Part shown: in pieces, positions 8,146 to 17,598 of the stretch
How positions within the stretch are numbered: position 1 is the first letter of the stretch
Layout of the letters: every line of letters begins with the position of its first letter
Source: an uncultured Coriobacteriaceae bacterium
Lineage (GTDB): Bacteria; Actinomycetota; Coriobacteriia; Coriobacteriales; Eggerthellaceae
Direction of reading: 5' to 3'
Length of the DNA stretch: 64,000 bases
NCBI GenBank assembly: GCA_902768975.1
Contig: CACXMZ010000003.1
Location: forward strand, 54,941-118,940
Notes under the pieces: generated by a model
Databases searched by the model: none
Told to the model about the DNA's origin: nothing
Seen by the model: the letters and a program-made list of their open reading frames with translations, nothing else
Translations under genes and position numbers: made by a program

Positions 8146-9483
8146 TTAGAGCGTGCGCCACGTTGCGAGAGATTCCAGCCCGTCTTCCACTTCGGACTCA
8201 GGGGTGTCGGAAAGGGGAAGGGTGCCCAGGCGCAAGCCAGCCTCGTCCTTGACGAGGATAAAGCCACCAATACCGCTCGTAGGCTGGTAGGCGCGTGCCA
8301 TACCGCCGTCGATGCAGATGAGCTTGCCACCGCACTTCACGGGGTCTTCACCGTCCTTCACCTTTACAGGCACGTGGCCACACACCACGCGACTTGTTTC
8401 GGGGTCCATGCCGAAGTCTTCGAAAATAGCTGCCGCGGTTTCGGGGTTTTCCAGCAGCTGATAGAAAGGGTTCTTAATTTCGGTGCGCAGCTTCTTGTCT
8501 TCCAACTGGTAGAGTTCAAAGGTCGCCATCTTGCTCTTGGCAAACAGGGGCGATGCCACGCCCAACCACAGGTACCACAGCATGTCGGCACCCTTCTTTT
8601 GCGCTTCGGGGTCGCTGGCGGTGAAGGCATCGCGTACGGCGGCGTCTACCGCGTCGAAGAGGGCGCGCCCGCCAAGCGGCTTGCCAAAAACACCCGTCTG
8701 CATAATAAGGCCGTCGGCTGTCATGGGCACGCAGGCATGGAAGAGCAGGATGTCGTCAACCTGTTTGTACAGACTGCCGCGCTCAATGAGGACCTTCATA
8801 TGCTGTTGCAGTTTTTCACAGCTGCGGAAGGCCTGCTGCAAGTATTCCAGCACGACGGCTTCGCCACCAGTGAAGGCGTAAGGGTCGGCGGGGTTGATGG
8901 TGGGGAAGACCTTGTCCTTCAGTTCAAAGACCATGTCGTTTAAACGAATGGTGCCGTCTTGGTAATTGATTTTGTCGAGCAGGTCGCGTGCAACGAGGCC
9001 GAAGTTCGGGTTTTCCTGGATAAGAATGTGTTCTGCCTTGAACTGGATATATGCCATGGCTTTCTGGATTTTGATGGTGGCATCCAGGTCTTCGGGGCTT
9101 AAGTCGGGCTTGCCCTTCAAGCCAAAGGCTACACAGGGGTCATCCGCGTAGGTTTCAAGAGCAAAGGCACGCAGGGGCCCAAGGTCTATGCCGTAGGTTT
9201 CTTCCAAAACAGACAGGTTGCCATAGCGCGCACAAATGCGCACCGCATGTGCCACGCTGCCTGGCTGCCCCAGGGCCGCGCCCATCCAAAGCACGTCATG
9301 GTTGCCCCACTGGATGTCCAAGTTGGGCCATGCAGCGAGCGCGTCCATGACCTTGTCGGGTTCAGGCCCGCGGTCGTAGATGTCGCCCACCATATGTACG
9401 TGCGTCCCTTCGGGTGTGTTACGCAGGATGCGCGAAAAGGTCTCGTAATTACCGTGGATGTCGGAAACAAACAGTTCAGTCAT
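8146..9483 (-). CDS. fbp: Fructose-1,6-bisphosphatase class III, compact 445-aa form
   Basis: Metallophosphoesterase motifs SDIHGNYE, VGDIYDRGPEPD and IQWGNHDVLWMGA are present, as is the C-terminal GHVPVK...ICIDGG...Y pattern of Firmicute-type Fbp. Compared with my recollection of B. subtilis Fbp, the N-terminal roughly 60 aa and an internal insertion are absent. Confidence 0.75.
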   Translation of the reverse strand: MTELFVSDIHGNYETFSRILRNTPEGTHVHMVGDIYDRGPEPDKVMDALAAWPNLDIQWGNHDVLWMGAALGQPGSVAHAVRICARYGNLSVLEETYGIDLGPLRAFALETYADDPCVAFGLKGKPDLSPEDLDATIKIQKAMAYIQFKAEHILIQENPNFGLVARDLLDKINYQDGTIRLNDMVFELKDKVFPTINPADPYAFTGGEAVVLEYLQQAFRSCEKLQQHMKVLIERGSLYKQVDDILLFHACVPMTADGLIMQTGVFGKPLGGRALFDAVDAAVRDAFTASDPEAQKKGADMLWYLWLGVASPLFAKSKMATFELYQLEDKKLRTEIKNPFYQLLENPETAAAIFEDFGMDPETSRVVCGHVPVKVKDGEDPVKCGGKLICIDGGMARAYQPTSGIGGFILVKDEAGLRLGTLPLSDTPESEVEDGLESLATWRTL

Positions 9484-9506
9484 GGAAGCCTCCGTGCCAG
9501 TAGTTT

Positions 9507-10256
9507 CTATTCAAATACCGCCCATGCGCGTACGGGAAGGCCTGTCGCACCAGAAATGCGTGGCCAGGCGACAAAGATAACCGCACCCGTTGCGGGCACC
9601 TGGTCCAAGTTGTCCAGCAGTTCAACCTGCACGTGGCCATTATCGAGCACATAGCGTTCGCATGCCAAGTCGTCGTATTCAACGGCAACCTTGGAAGCGT
9701 CGGTATCTATGGATTCATGGCCGTTTGCATAGATGCCGCGTTCTTCGTAGAGGAACTTAATAACTTCCATCGACCACCCAGGAGCATGCTCGCCCCCTTC
9801 GGCATCGAAGTTGTTCAAGGCGTCGTTGTCGGGCCAACGCTTCGACCAGTCGGTACGAAGTGCCACGAACGACCCAGCGGGAATTTCGCCATGCTCTGCT
9901 TCGTGCGCTTGGATGTCTTCCATGGTCACGGCATATTCAGGATCTACAGCAACCTTTTCGCTCACGTCGACCACCACAAGGGGAAGTGCAAGGTCATGCG
10001 GACCCCATTCGTCTGCTGCGGCTGCATTGGGCGTAAAGTGCACAGGAAAGTCGATATGTGTGCCGAACTGCCCCGGGAATTTGAAGGTTTGAATACGGCA
10101 CGAAAGCATTTCTTCTTCGTAGTCGAACACCACTTTACCCAGCTCAACGGCATCTTTGCCAATGCCGCCCCAGAAAGGGCTTTCATTGTCGAGGGAATGA
10201 GTCAGGTCTACCCAGCGGTAGTTCTTCCATTTTTCTAGTTCATTCCAGAGGCTCAT
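9507..10256 (-). CDS. Cyclase-family protein (kynurenine formamidase-like fold)
   Basis: DLTHSL...FPGQFGTHIDFPVHF matches the HxGTHxDxPxH-type motif of the putative cyclase family. The start is set at ATG 10256 (AAAGGA 7 nt upstream); an alternative ATG at 10271 has no RBS. Confidence 0.7.
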   Translation of the reverse strand: MSLWNELEKWKNYRWVDLTHSLDNESPFWGGIGKDAVELGKVVFDYEEEMLSCRIQTFKFPGQFGTHIDFPVHFTPNAAAADEWGPHDLALPLVVVDVSEKVAVDPEYAVTMEDIQAHEAEHGEIPAGSFVALRTDWSKRWPDNDALNNFDAEGGEHAPGWSMEVIKFLYEERGIYANGHESIDTDASKVAVEYDDLACERYVLDNGHVQVELLDNLDQVPATGAVIFVAWPRISGATGLPVRAWAVFE

Positions 10257-10383
10257 GGTGCATCCTTTCATCGAATTTTGTGGGCAATATGGTGTAGAGC
10301 TTTATCGCTTATTTGTTATTATCGCATGGATTACGGCAATTGAATGTTTGTATGCCAGGTGAAACAAAAAAACGGGGCGCCTT

Positions 10384-11253
10384 ATGAACGTGCTGGAAAT
10401 AACGAGCCTCGACGATGAGCGGGTGGCTGCCTTTGCGCATTTGACTGAAGTACAGTTGCGCAACCGGCTTGAGCCCGAACTGGGTCTTTTTATTGCTGAA
10501 AGCCCCAAGGTTATTAAGCGCGCCCTTGATGCGGGCATAGAAGCCATTTCCTTTCTTACCGAATATAACAAGCTTGGCTTGGTGGAGCCCCTGGTGGAAC
10601 AGGCGCAGGCACAACAGCTAGACACGCAAGAAAGGTCCTCTTCAATACCGGTCTATACGGGGGACTCTAAGCTACTTGCGCAGCTAACGGGCTATGAATT
10701 GACCCGCGGGGTGTTGTGCGCCATGCGCAGGCCCGCCCTACCGCAGCTTGAAACCCTGCTTGCAACATGCAGGGGTGGGCAGCCAGCGCGCCGCGTAGCG
10801 GTGTTTGAATCGATAGTTGATCATACGAACGTGGGGGCTATGTTTAGGAGTGCAGCAGCCTTAGGAATTGATGCCGTGCTCGTCACTCCCACGTGCTGCG
10901 ACCCCCTGTATCGGCGCTGCGTGCGCGTGTCTATGGGCACGGTGTTCCAAGTTCCTTGGACACGCATCGGGCAAAGTGCAGCGGATTGGCCAGAGCCAGG
11001 CATGAAGCAGCTCAAGCAGGCGGGCTTTAAAATAGTTGCACTTGCCTTGTCCGATGCGGCACTTCCCATCGATGCACCAGAATTAGCAGCCGAAGAACGC
11101 TTGGCGCTCGTGCTGGGTACTGAAGGCGACGGCCTGGCGGCCCGAACTATTGCCGAGTGCGATTACGTGGCTAAAATACCCATGCGTGAAGGTGTCGATT
11201 CTTTAAACGTTGCTGCAGCAAGCGCCGTAGCATTTTGGCAATTACGAGCATAG
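10384..11253 (+). CDS. TrmH/SpoU-family RNA 2'-O-methyltransferase
   Basis: C-terminal SPOUT motifs LVLGTEGDGL and IPMREGVDSLNVAAASAVAFWQL are present. Confidence 0.85.
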   Translation: MNVLEITSLDDERVAAFAHLTEVQLRNRLEPELGLFIAESPKVIKRALDAGIEAISFLTEYNKLGLVEPLVEQAQAQQLDTQERSSSIPVYTGDSKLLAQLTGYELTRGVLCAMRRPALPQLETLLATCRGGQPARRVAVFESIVDHTNVGAMFRSAAALGIDAVLVTPTCCDPLYRRCVRVSMGTVFQVPWTRIGQSAADWPEPGMKQLKQAGFKIVALALSDAALPIDAPELAAEERLALVLGTEGDGLAARTIAECDYVAKIPMREGVDSLNVAAASAVAFWQLRA

Positions 11254-11261
11254 GAGGACAA

Positions 11262-11366
11262 ATGGGAAAGAAGATTGTTGCGGTCAATGCAGGGCCGTGT
11301 AAAGGCTGGAATACCGACCCTGCCGCCAATGCTGAAGCAGAAAAGGGTAAGGCACTCGTTCAGTAG
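11262..11366 (+). pseudogene. Possible 34-codon N-terminal relic of a flavodoxin-like/NADPH-dependent FMN reductase gene
   Basis: A strong RBS (AGGAGG) sits 4 nt upstream. MGKKIVAVNAGPCKGWNT resembles the N-terminus of iron-sulfur flavoprotein/FMN-reductase families, but the frame stops after 34 aa. Confidence 0.3.
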
Positions 11367-11426
11367 GCAAGCGCCTAGCTTCAAAAAAAGATTCATATTA
11401 CGAAAAGGTGACGGAGATGTGCGCCT

Positions 11427-11453
11427 TTAGCACTCGTGGCTAAAGAGTGCTAA
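11427..11453. promoter_or_regulatory. Perfect CIRCE (HrcA operator) inverted repeat upstream of clpC
   Basis: TTAGCACTC-GTGGCTAAA-GAGTGCTAA matches the consensus TTAGCACTC-N9-GAGTGCTAA at 18/18 positions. It ends 73 nt before the clpC ATG. Confidence 0.8.
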
Positions 11454-11526
11454 CATAGCCTGCAACACATTTTTTGGTACACGCCAGTTTTCTGTGCGTG
11501 CGCCCATGCAAGGAAAGTAGGAAAGC

Positions 11527-14088
11527 ATGTCATTTGATAAGTTTACCGACAAAGCACGAAAAGTCCTGGTCATCGCCCAGGATGAGGCGCGTAATTTGAA
11601 GCAGCCCTATGTGGGAACCGAGCATATTCTGCTTGCACTTATTAAGGAAGGCGACGGTTTGGCTGCACAGGCCTTAGAACGCCTGCAAGTGAATTATGAC
11701 GACGTAGTTAAAACCATTCAGGAAACCGTACAGATCGACCCTGAAGCCGACGTTTCGGGCCACCTTGGCTTTACGCCACGTGTGAAGCGCGTGCTGGAAA
11801 ACAGCCTGCGTGAAGCCATGCAAATGGGGCAGAGCTATATTTCAACCGAGCATCTGCTACTGGGTATTGTCCGCGAAAACGACGGCACGGCTATCGAAGT
11901 TTTGAGCAAGCTAGGTACTTCGGGCGACGCTGTGCGTTCGGCCCTCAACGACCTGGTGGGGCAGTCGCCCGTTATGGCTGGCCAACGTGGTTTTGACGCG
12001 CCCATGCAGGGTACAAATATGCTCGATGAATACGGCACCGAGTTGACCAAGAAGGCCCTCGACGGCAAGCTAGACCCCGTCATTGGGCGTGCCGGTGAAA
12101 TCGAGCGCATGATGCAGGTGCTTTGCCGCCGCCGTAAGAACAATCCGCTCATCATTGGCGAACCGGGTGTGGGCAAGACCGCCGTGGTGGAAGGTCTGGC
12201 GCAGCTTATCGCGTCCAACCAGGTGCCCGACATTTTGCGCGGCCGCCGCATTTTCACACTCGACGTGTCTGGCCTGGTGGCGGGCAGCAAGTACCGCGGT
12301 GAATTCGAAGATCGCTTGAAGAAGTGCATTAAGGAAGTCATCGATGCGGGCGACATCATTCTGTTCATCGACGAACTCCACACCGTTATTGGTGCGGGTT
12401 CGGCCGAAGGTTCTATCGACGCGGCTGCCATTTTGAAGCCGCCGCTGTCCCGTGGTGAAATCCAGATTATTGGTGCTACCACGCTCGATGAATATCGCAA
12501 GCATATCGAAAAGGACGCTGCTCTCGAGCGTCGCTTCCAGCCTATTACCATTGGCGAGCCGAACGAAGAGCAGTCGATTCGCATCATGGAAGGTCTGCGC
12601 GAACGTTACGCCACCCACCACCACGTGGAATTCACCGACGAAGCGCTGGCTGCAGCCGTGCAGCTTTCCGACCGCTACATCCAAGATCGCTTCCTGCCCG
12701 ACAAGGCCATTGACGTGCTTGACGAAGCGGGCGCGCGCATGCGCATTCGCAACATGACACTGCCGCCTGAACTTTCGGGTATCGACGAAAAATTGCGTGA
12801 CGTGCGCATGAAGAAAGAAGCAGCTATTGCCGGCCAGGACTTCGAAGAGGCGGCCAAGCTGCGCGACGAAGAAACCAAGCTGCGTGAAGAACGCGCGGAA
12901 GCTGAAAAGAAGTGGGAAGAAGAATCTTCCAAGGACGTCCATAAAGTAAGTGCCGAAGACATTGCCGACGTTATTTCTATGACCACGGGTGTGCCCGTGT
13001 CTGACCTTACCGAAGCGGAAACGGAAAAGCTCCTGCGTATGGAAAAGGTTCTGCACGACCGCGTCATCGGGCAGGACGAAGCGGTGACGGCCGTTTCCAA
13101 GGCTATCCGTCGCAGCCGCTCCGGACTGAAAGACCCCAAGCGTCCCGCGGGTTCGTTTATTTTCCTGGGCCCTTCGGGCGTGGGTAAAACCGAACTTTCG
13201 AAGGCGCTTGCAGAATTCCTGTTCAACAGCGAAGACGCCCTGCTTTCCTTCGACATGAGCGAATACATGGAAAAGCACACGGTGTCGCGCCTTATTGGTT
13301 CGCCCCCGGGCTATGTGGGTTATGACGAAGGTGGCCAGCTGACCAAGGCCGTGCGCCAGCGCCCCTATTCCGTGGTGCTCTTCGACGAAATCGAAAAGGC
13401 TCACCCCGACGTGTTCAATATCTTGCTCCAGATTTTGGAGGAAGGTCGCCTGACCGACGGCCAGGGTCGCAGCGTGGACTTCCGCAATACGGTCATTATC
13501 ATGACATCCAACGTGGGCGCGCGCGACATTGCCCAGAGTGCCCCCATCGGTTTTGGCACCGACAACGACGGCCTGTCCGACAAGGAAATCAAGAGTCGCG
13601 TGATGAGCGAACTGAAGAAGCTCTTCCGTCCTGAATTCTTGAACCGCGTGGACGAAGTTATCGTGTTCAAGAGCCTGACCAAGGAAGAAATTGGCGAAAT
13701 TGTCCAGCTGATGGTGTCTGACTTGCGCGACCGTCTGATCGCCATGAATATGACGATTAACGTGAGCGAAGCCGCGAGCGAATACATTGCCAGTGAAGGC
13801 ACCGACACCACCTTTGGTGCACGCCCCCTGCGCCGTGCTATTCAGCGCCTGCTGGAAGACCCCATTTCCGAACAGGTCCTGGAAGGCAAGTGGACCAGTG
13901 GTAGCGTAATCGACGTGGACTTCGACGGCGAAGAGCTTACCTTCAAGAAAGGTACCGGCTCAATCCCCGAGCCGCGCAAGCGCGACACTATCGCCCAGGA
14001 GGCCGAATTGCTGTTGAAGGGTTATGACTTCAACAACACGGGTGCTCACCTGGGTGGGCCGGTTCAGTCAGACGGCGCCGCCGACTAA
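11527..14088 (+). CDS. clpC: ATP-dependent Clp protease ATP-binding subunit ClpC
   Basis: Two Clp_N repeats and two AAA+ modules (GEPGVGKTA; GPSGVGKTE) are present. A UVR-like middle domain (AGQDFEEAAKLRDEE) also fits. Confidence 0.95.
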   Translation: MSFDKFTDKARKVLVIAQDEARNLKQPYVGTEHILLALIKEGDGLAAQALERLQVNYDDVVKTIQETVQIDPEADVSGHLGFTPRVKRVLENSLREAMQMGQSYISTEHLLLGIVRENDGTAIEVLSKLGTSGDAVRSALNDLVGQSPVMAGQRGFDAPMQGTNMLDEYGTELTKKALDGKLDPVIGRAGEIERMMQVLCRRRKNNPLIIGEPGVGKTAVVEGLAQLIASNQVPDILRGRRIFTLDVSGLVAGSKYRGEFEDRLKKCIKEVIDAGDIILFIDELHTVIGAGSAEGSIDAAAILKPPLSRGEIQIIGATTLDEYRKHIEKDAALERRFQPITIGEPNEEQSIRIMEGLRERYATHHHVEFTDEALAAAVQLSDRYIQDRFLPDKAIDVLDEAGARMRIRNMTLPPELSGIDEKLRDVRMKKEAAIAGQDFEEAAKLRDEETKLREERAEAEKKWEEESSKDVHKVSAEDIADVISMTTGVPVSDLTEAETEKLLRMEKVLHDRVIGQDEAVTAVSKAIRRSRSGLKDPKRPAGSFIFLGPSGVGKTELSKALAEFLFNSEDALLSFDMSEYMEKHTVSRLIGSPPGYVGYDEGGQLTKAVRQRPYSVVLFDEIEKAHPDVFNILLQILEEGRLTDGQGRSVDFRNTVIIMTSNVGARDIAQSAPIGFGTDNDGLSDKEIKSRVMSELKKLFRPEFLNRVDEVIVFKSLTKEEIGEIVQLMVSDLRDRLIAMNMTINVSEAASEYIASEGTDTTFGARPLRRAIQRLLEDPISEQVLEGKWTSGSVIDVDFDGEELTFKKGTGSIPEPRKRDTIAQEAELLLKGYDFNNTGAHLGGPVQSDGAAD

Positions 14089-14113
14089 TACAAGAGAGCG
14101 TATCTTTAACTAT

Positions 14114-14408
14114 TGAAGAGGCTTCATCCCTCTAAATCGCGACCGCTTCCGCTGTTCGTTTTTGGAAGGCGCCTTATGCCCTTGTGGCTCGCTTCGGTTT
14201 TTTAACGGCGAGCAATTGCGCAATTGAAAAGCTTCGAATGGAGCGACGCATGGTTCACCTAACCTATGCATCGGTAAACTCGCTTAATTAGACTAGTCGC
14301 TTTTCTTAACAGCGCTATTGCTTTCGCCTAAAACCTCGACAAAGAGCCAAGGGCATAAGGCGCCTTCTTTGTTTCCCTTAGAGCTTTTAGAGGGATGAAG
14401 CCTCTTCA
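14114..14408. repeat. 295-bp MITE-like nested palindromic element B
   Basis: A perfect 23-nt terminal inverted repeat, TGAAGAGGCTTCATCCCTCTAAA, lies at 14114-14136 and reverse-complemented at 14386-14408. A nested inverted repeat GAAGGCGCCTTATGCCCTTG(GT)GCTC pairs 14165-14190 with 14344-14367. The central core AATTAGACTAGTCGCTTTTCTTAACAGCGC is shared with element A. Confidence 0.75.
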
Positions 14409-14441
14409 GAAGAGCGAATTCTCGTCTATAATCTTTCTTGT

Positions 14442-16208
14442 ATGAGAAAGGTAAAGATTATGACTGCAATTATTCGAATGAGCGAACTATACGCTCCGAC
14501 TTTGAAGGAAACTCCGTCCGACGCGGCCATCCCCAGCCATCAGTTGCTGCTGCGCGCGGGCTTTATGCGCAAAAGCGCCACGGGTTTGTATAGCTACTTG
14601 CCCCTGGGTTGGCGCGTGATTCACAAGATTGAAAAAATCTGCCGTGAAGAAATGGATGGCATTGGTTCGCAGGAAATCATGCTGCCCATTCTGCAGCCGG
14701 CGGACCTGTGGCATGAAAGCGGCCGTTGGGACGACTACGGCCCCGAACTCATGCGCATGGAAGACAGGCATGGCGTTGGCATGTGCCTAGGCCCCACGCA
14801 TGAAGAAATCATTACCGACCTCGTGCGTAACGAACTGAAAAGTTACAAGCAGCTACCGCTGACCTTGTATCAGATTCAGGCGAAGTTCCGCGACGAACGC
14901 CGCCCGCGCTTTGGCCTTATGCGCAGTCGCGAATTCATCATGAAGGACGCCTACAGCTTCCACACCGACGCGGAAAGCCTGCATAAGACCTACCAGGACA
15001 TGTACGACGCCTATGGGCGCTATTGCGAACGCGTGGGTTTGGAATATCGCCCCGTGGCAGCCGACTCTGGCCAGATCGGCGGCAGCGTAACCGTTGAGTT
15101 CCACGCTCTTGCCGAAAGTGGCGAAGCTGAACTGGTGAGCTGCAAGTGTGGCTGGGCGGCCAATTCCGAAATTGCCCCTGCCACGCCTGCCCCCATCGCT
15201 TACGAAGCTACCGAGCTGAAAAAGGTGGCAACGCCAGGCGTTCACACCATTGCCGAACTGGCAGAATTCCTGGGTTGTCCTGAAGCCGCAACGGCCAAGG
15301 CCATGGTGGGCAAGACGGGCGAAGGCAAGCCAGTGATTTTGTTTATTCCGGGCGACTACGACCTTAATGAACTGAAGGCCGAACGTGCCTTTGGAGGCTT
15401 TGAATTGCTCGAAGACGAAGAGATTGAAAAGCTTGGCTTGCCCAAGGGCTCCATTGGCCCTGTTGGCTTGCCTGAAGGCGTGCTGGTGGGCGCCGACGAA
15501 AGCCTGCGTAATATTGCTCATTGGGTAGTTGGTGCCAACGAAGATGGTTTCCACTATGTGGGCGCAGGTGTGGGCCGCGACTTTGACGTAGATGTGTGGG
15601 CCGACCTGTGCACAGTTAAGGAAGGCAATGCCTGCCCTGAATGTGGTGCACCGTTAACGGTTACGCGCGGCATTGAAGTGGGGCAGGTCTTTGAACTGGG
15701 CACCAAGTATTCCGAAGTTCTGAAGGCCACTTACCTTGACGAAGACGGCAAGGAACACCCCTACGAAATGGGCTGTTATGGCATTGGCATTTCGCGTACG
15801 ATGGCCGCCATTGTTGAACAGTGCAACGACGAATACGGCATTTACTGGCCTGTTTCGGTCGCGCCGGCACATGTGTGCGTACTGCCGCTTACCGTGGGTG
15901 ACGACCTCGTACAGCCTGCTGCTGAAAAACTGGCTGGTGAACTGGCCGAACTGGGCCTTGAAGTGGTCATCGACGACCGCGACGAACGCCCCGGTGTGAA
16001 GTTTGCTGAAGCCGACCTCATGGGCTGGCCGCTCCAGATTGTGGTGGGCAAGCGTGGCCTTGAAGCAGGCGAATATGAAATTAAGGTTCGTCGCACAAAC
16101 GAAAAGCGCACGATGAGCTTTGACGAATACAATGAATGGCATGCCCATGCCAAACGTCATCCCAACGCCGCTGACTCCTTCTTTGAGCAGGCGGGTCTTA
16201 AGGCTTAA
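14442..16208 (+). CDS. proS: Proline--tRNA ligase (bacterial type with editing domain)
   Basis: Class II ProRS motifs are present (FRDERRPRFGLMRSREFIMKDAYSF; GCYGIGISR). The start is uncertain: ATG 14460 has the better RBS (GAAAGG 8 nt upstream). Confidence 0.93.
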   Translation: MRKVKIMTAIIRMSELYAPTLKETPSDAAIPSHQLLLRAGFMRKSATGLYSYLPLGWRVIHKIEKICREEMDGIGSQEIMLPILQPADLWHESGRWDDYGPELMRMEDRHGVGMCLGPTHEEIITDLVRNELKSYKQLPLTLYQIQAKFRDERRPRFGLMRSREFIMKDAYSFHTDAESLHKTYQDMYDAYGRYCERVGLEYRPVAADSGQIGGSVTVEFHALAESGEAELVSCKCGWAANSEIAPATPAPIAYEATELKKVATPGVHTIAELAEFLGCPEAATAKAMVGKTGEGKPVILFIPGDYDLNELKAERAFGGFELLEDEEIEKLGLPKGSIGPVGLPEGVLVGADESLRNIAHWVVGANEDGFHYVGAGVGRDFDVDVWADLCTVKEGNACPECGAPLTVTRGIEVGQVFELGTKYSEVLKATYLDEDGKEHPYEMGCYGIGISRTMAAIVEQCNDEYGIYWPVSVAPAHVCVLPLTVGDDLVQPAAEKLAGELAELGLEVVIDDRDERPGVKFAEADLMGWPLQIVVGKRGLEAGEYEIKVRRTNEKRTMSFDEYNEWHAHAKRHPNAADSFFEQAGLKA

Positions 16209-17500
16209 TGGCGCCCGAAGCTAGGAAAAACATGGAGCTCCTGGCGCCCGCGGGCGGCTGGGAGCAACTCCAGTTTGCTATCCGTTTTGGTGCGGATGCG
16301 GTCTACCTTGCCACCGACAAATTTGGCATGCGGGCACGCGCCGACAACTTCCAGTTGGAAGAAATGCCCAAAGTGGTGGCTTATGCGCACGACCGCGGCG
16401 TGAAGGTGCATGTAACCGTTAACACCCAAATGTACGAACATGACTTGGAAGACTTGGCCAAAACCATGGAAGCCCATGGCCAGGCGGGCGTTGACGCTTT
16501 CATCCTGGGTGACTTGGGCGCCCTCGCGCTTGCCAAAGAACATGCGCCGCAGGTGGACATTCACGTCTCTACGCAGGCGAGCATTTCCAACACGCAGGCG
16601 GCGCTCACCTGGTATAACTTGGGAGCCAAGCGCATTGTGTGCGCGCGCGAAATGTCCCTCGCCGACATTGCCGCTATGCGTGCCGCCCTGCCTGCTGACT
16701 TGGAAATTGAAGCCTTTGCTCATGGGTCCATGTGCATGGCGGTTTCTGGCCGCTGCCTCATTAGCGACTACATGACCGGCCGAAGTGGGGTAGCGGGTAA
16801 TTGTGCCCAGCCGTGCCGTTGGAAGTATGCCCTGGTTGAAGAAACGCGCCCGGGCCAATTCTTCCCCGTGGACGAAGACGAGCGCGGTTCTTACATTATG
16901 AACGCCAAAGACTTGTGCATGTTGGAGCATTTGGACGAACTGCGGGAAGCAGGCATCGACTCTATCAAGATCGAAGGGCGCAACAAGAAGGCCTTCTATG
17001 TGGCCACAGTGGTGAATGCGTATCGACAGGTGCTCGACGGGGCAGACCCAGCTGCCTTCATGGACGAACTTGACACGGTTTCGCACCGCCCCTATGGCAC
17101 AGGCTTTTACTTTGGGCCCGCGCACCAGACGCCCGAAGACGACCGCTACACGCGCAACTATCAGTGGGTATTTGAGCCATTGAATTCCGTCGTCTTGACA
17201 GACGACGGAACTGCCGATGTTGCGGTTTCGGGCGAATCTTCCTATGTTGTTACAGGGCTTTGTCGCAACAAGTTTGAAGAGGGCGACACGCTCGAAGTTT
17301 TGTCGCCCCGTCAGCCCGTACGCACCGTTACCGTCCAGAACCTGCGCTATGTGGGCGTCGACCCAGACCACCCGGGTTTCCCCCCAGCGGCCGATGTTTT
17401 CCCTGGCCCCGTGGCAGCCGCCAACCGCACCATGGAGCTGTATTCTTTCACCATCCCGTTCGAAGCAAGTGAGCACGACATTTTCCGCCTCAAGAAATAA
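16208..17500 (+). CDS. Peptidase U32 family protein
   Basis: MELLAPAGGWEQLQFAIRFGADAVYL...HVSTQ...E.FAHG..C...SGRC are U32 family hallmarks. TAATG overlaps the proS stop. Confidence 0.85.
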   Translation: MAPEARKNMELLAPAGGWEQLQFAIRFGADAVYLATDKFGMRARADNFQLEEMPKVVAYAHDRGVKVHVTVNTQMYEHDLEDLAKTMEAHGQAGVDAFILGDLGALALAKEHAPQVDIHVSTQASISNTQAALTWYNLGAKRIVCAREMSLADIAAMRAALPADLEIEAFAHGSMCMAVSGRCLISDYMTGRSGVAGNCAQPCRWKYALVEETRPGQFFPVDEDERGSYIMNAKDLCMLEHLDELREAGIDSIKIEGRNKKAFYVATVVNAYRQVLDGADPAAFMDELDTVSHRPYGTGFYFGPAHQTPEDDRYTRNYQWVFEPLNSVVLTDDGTADVAVSGESSYVVTGLCRNKFEEGDTLEVLSPRQPVRTVTVQNLRYVGVDPDHPGFPPAADVFPGPVAAANRTMELYSFTIPFEASEHDIFRLKK

Positions 17501-17598
17501 AAAATCGTGCAAAAACTCGCACAATCCTCGTCCAAAAATACGCGGTTTCCTGATATGATGAAAATATCTATTACTCCGGTTTTGGAAAGGCGGTTGCT

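Noticed and set aside
12070-13404. 444-aa ORF on the minus strand, and other long antisense or overlapping ORFs. Examples are 643-1383(-), 4155-5297(-), 16205-17524(-), 39539-40831(-), 44239-45699(+), 55335-56393(-) and 58146-59099(-).
   Set aside because: Each lies entirely antisense to, or out of frame within, a gene with unmistakable family motifs (clpC, ABC ATPase, NlpC/P60, U32 peptidase, gatA, lipase-like, hisF/glucosaminidase, pheT). The translations are Arg/Ala/Gly/His-rich junk typical of high-GC stop-codon depletion. They have no RBS and no recognisable motifs.
14089-14441. T-box or other leader upstream of proS; the same was checked upstream of lysS at 6492-6532.
   Set aside because: There is no T-box consensus (GGUGGUACCGCG-like) or specifier architecture. 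The proS upstream region is explained by the nested palindromic element, and the lysS spacer is only 41 nt.
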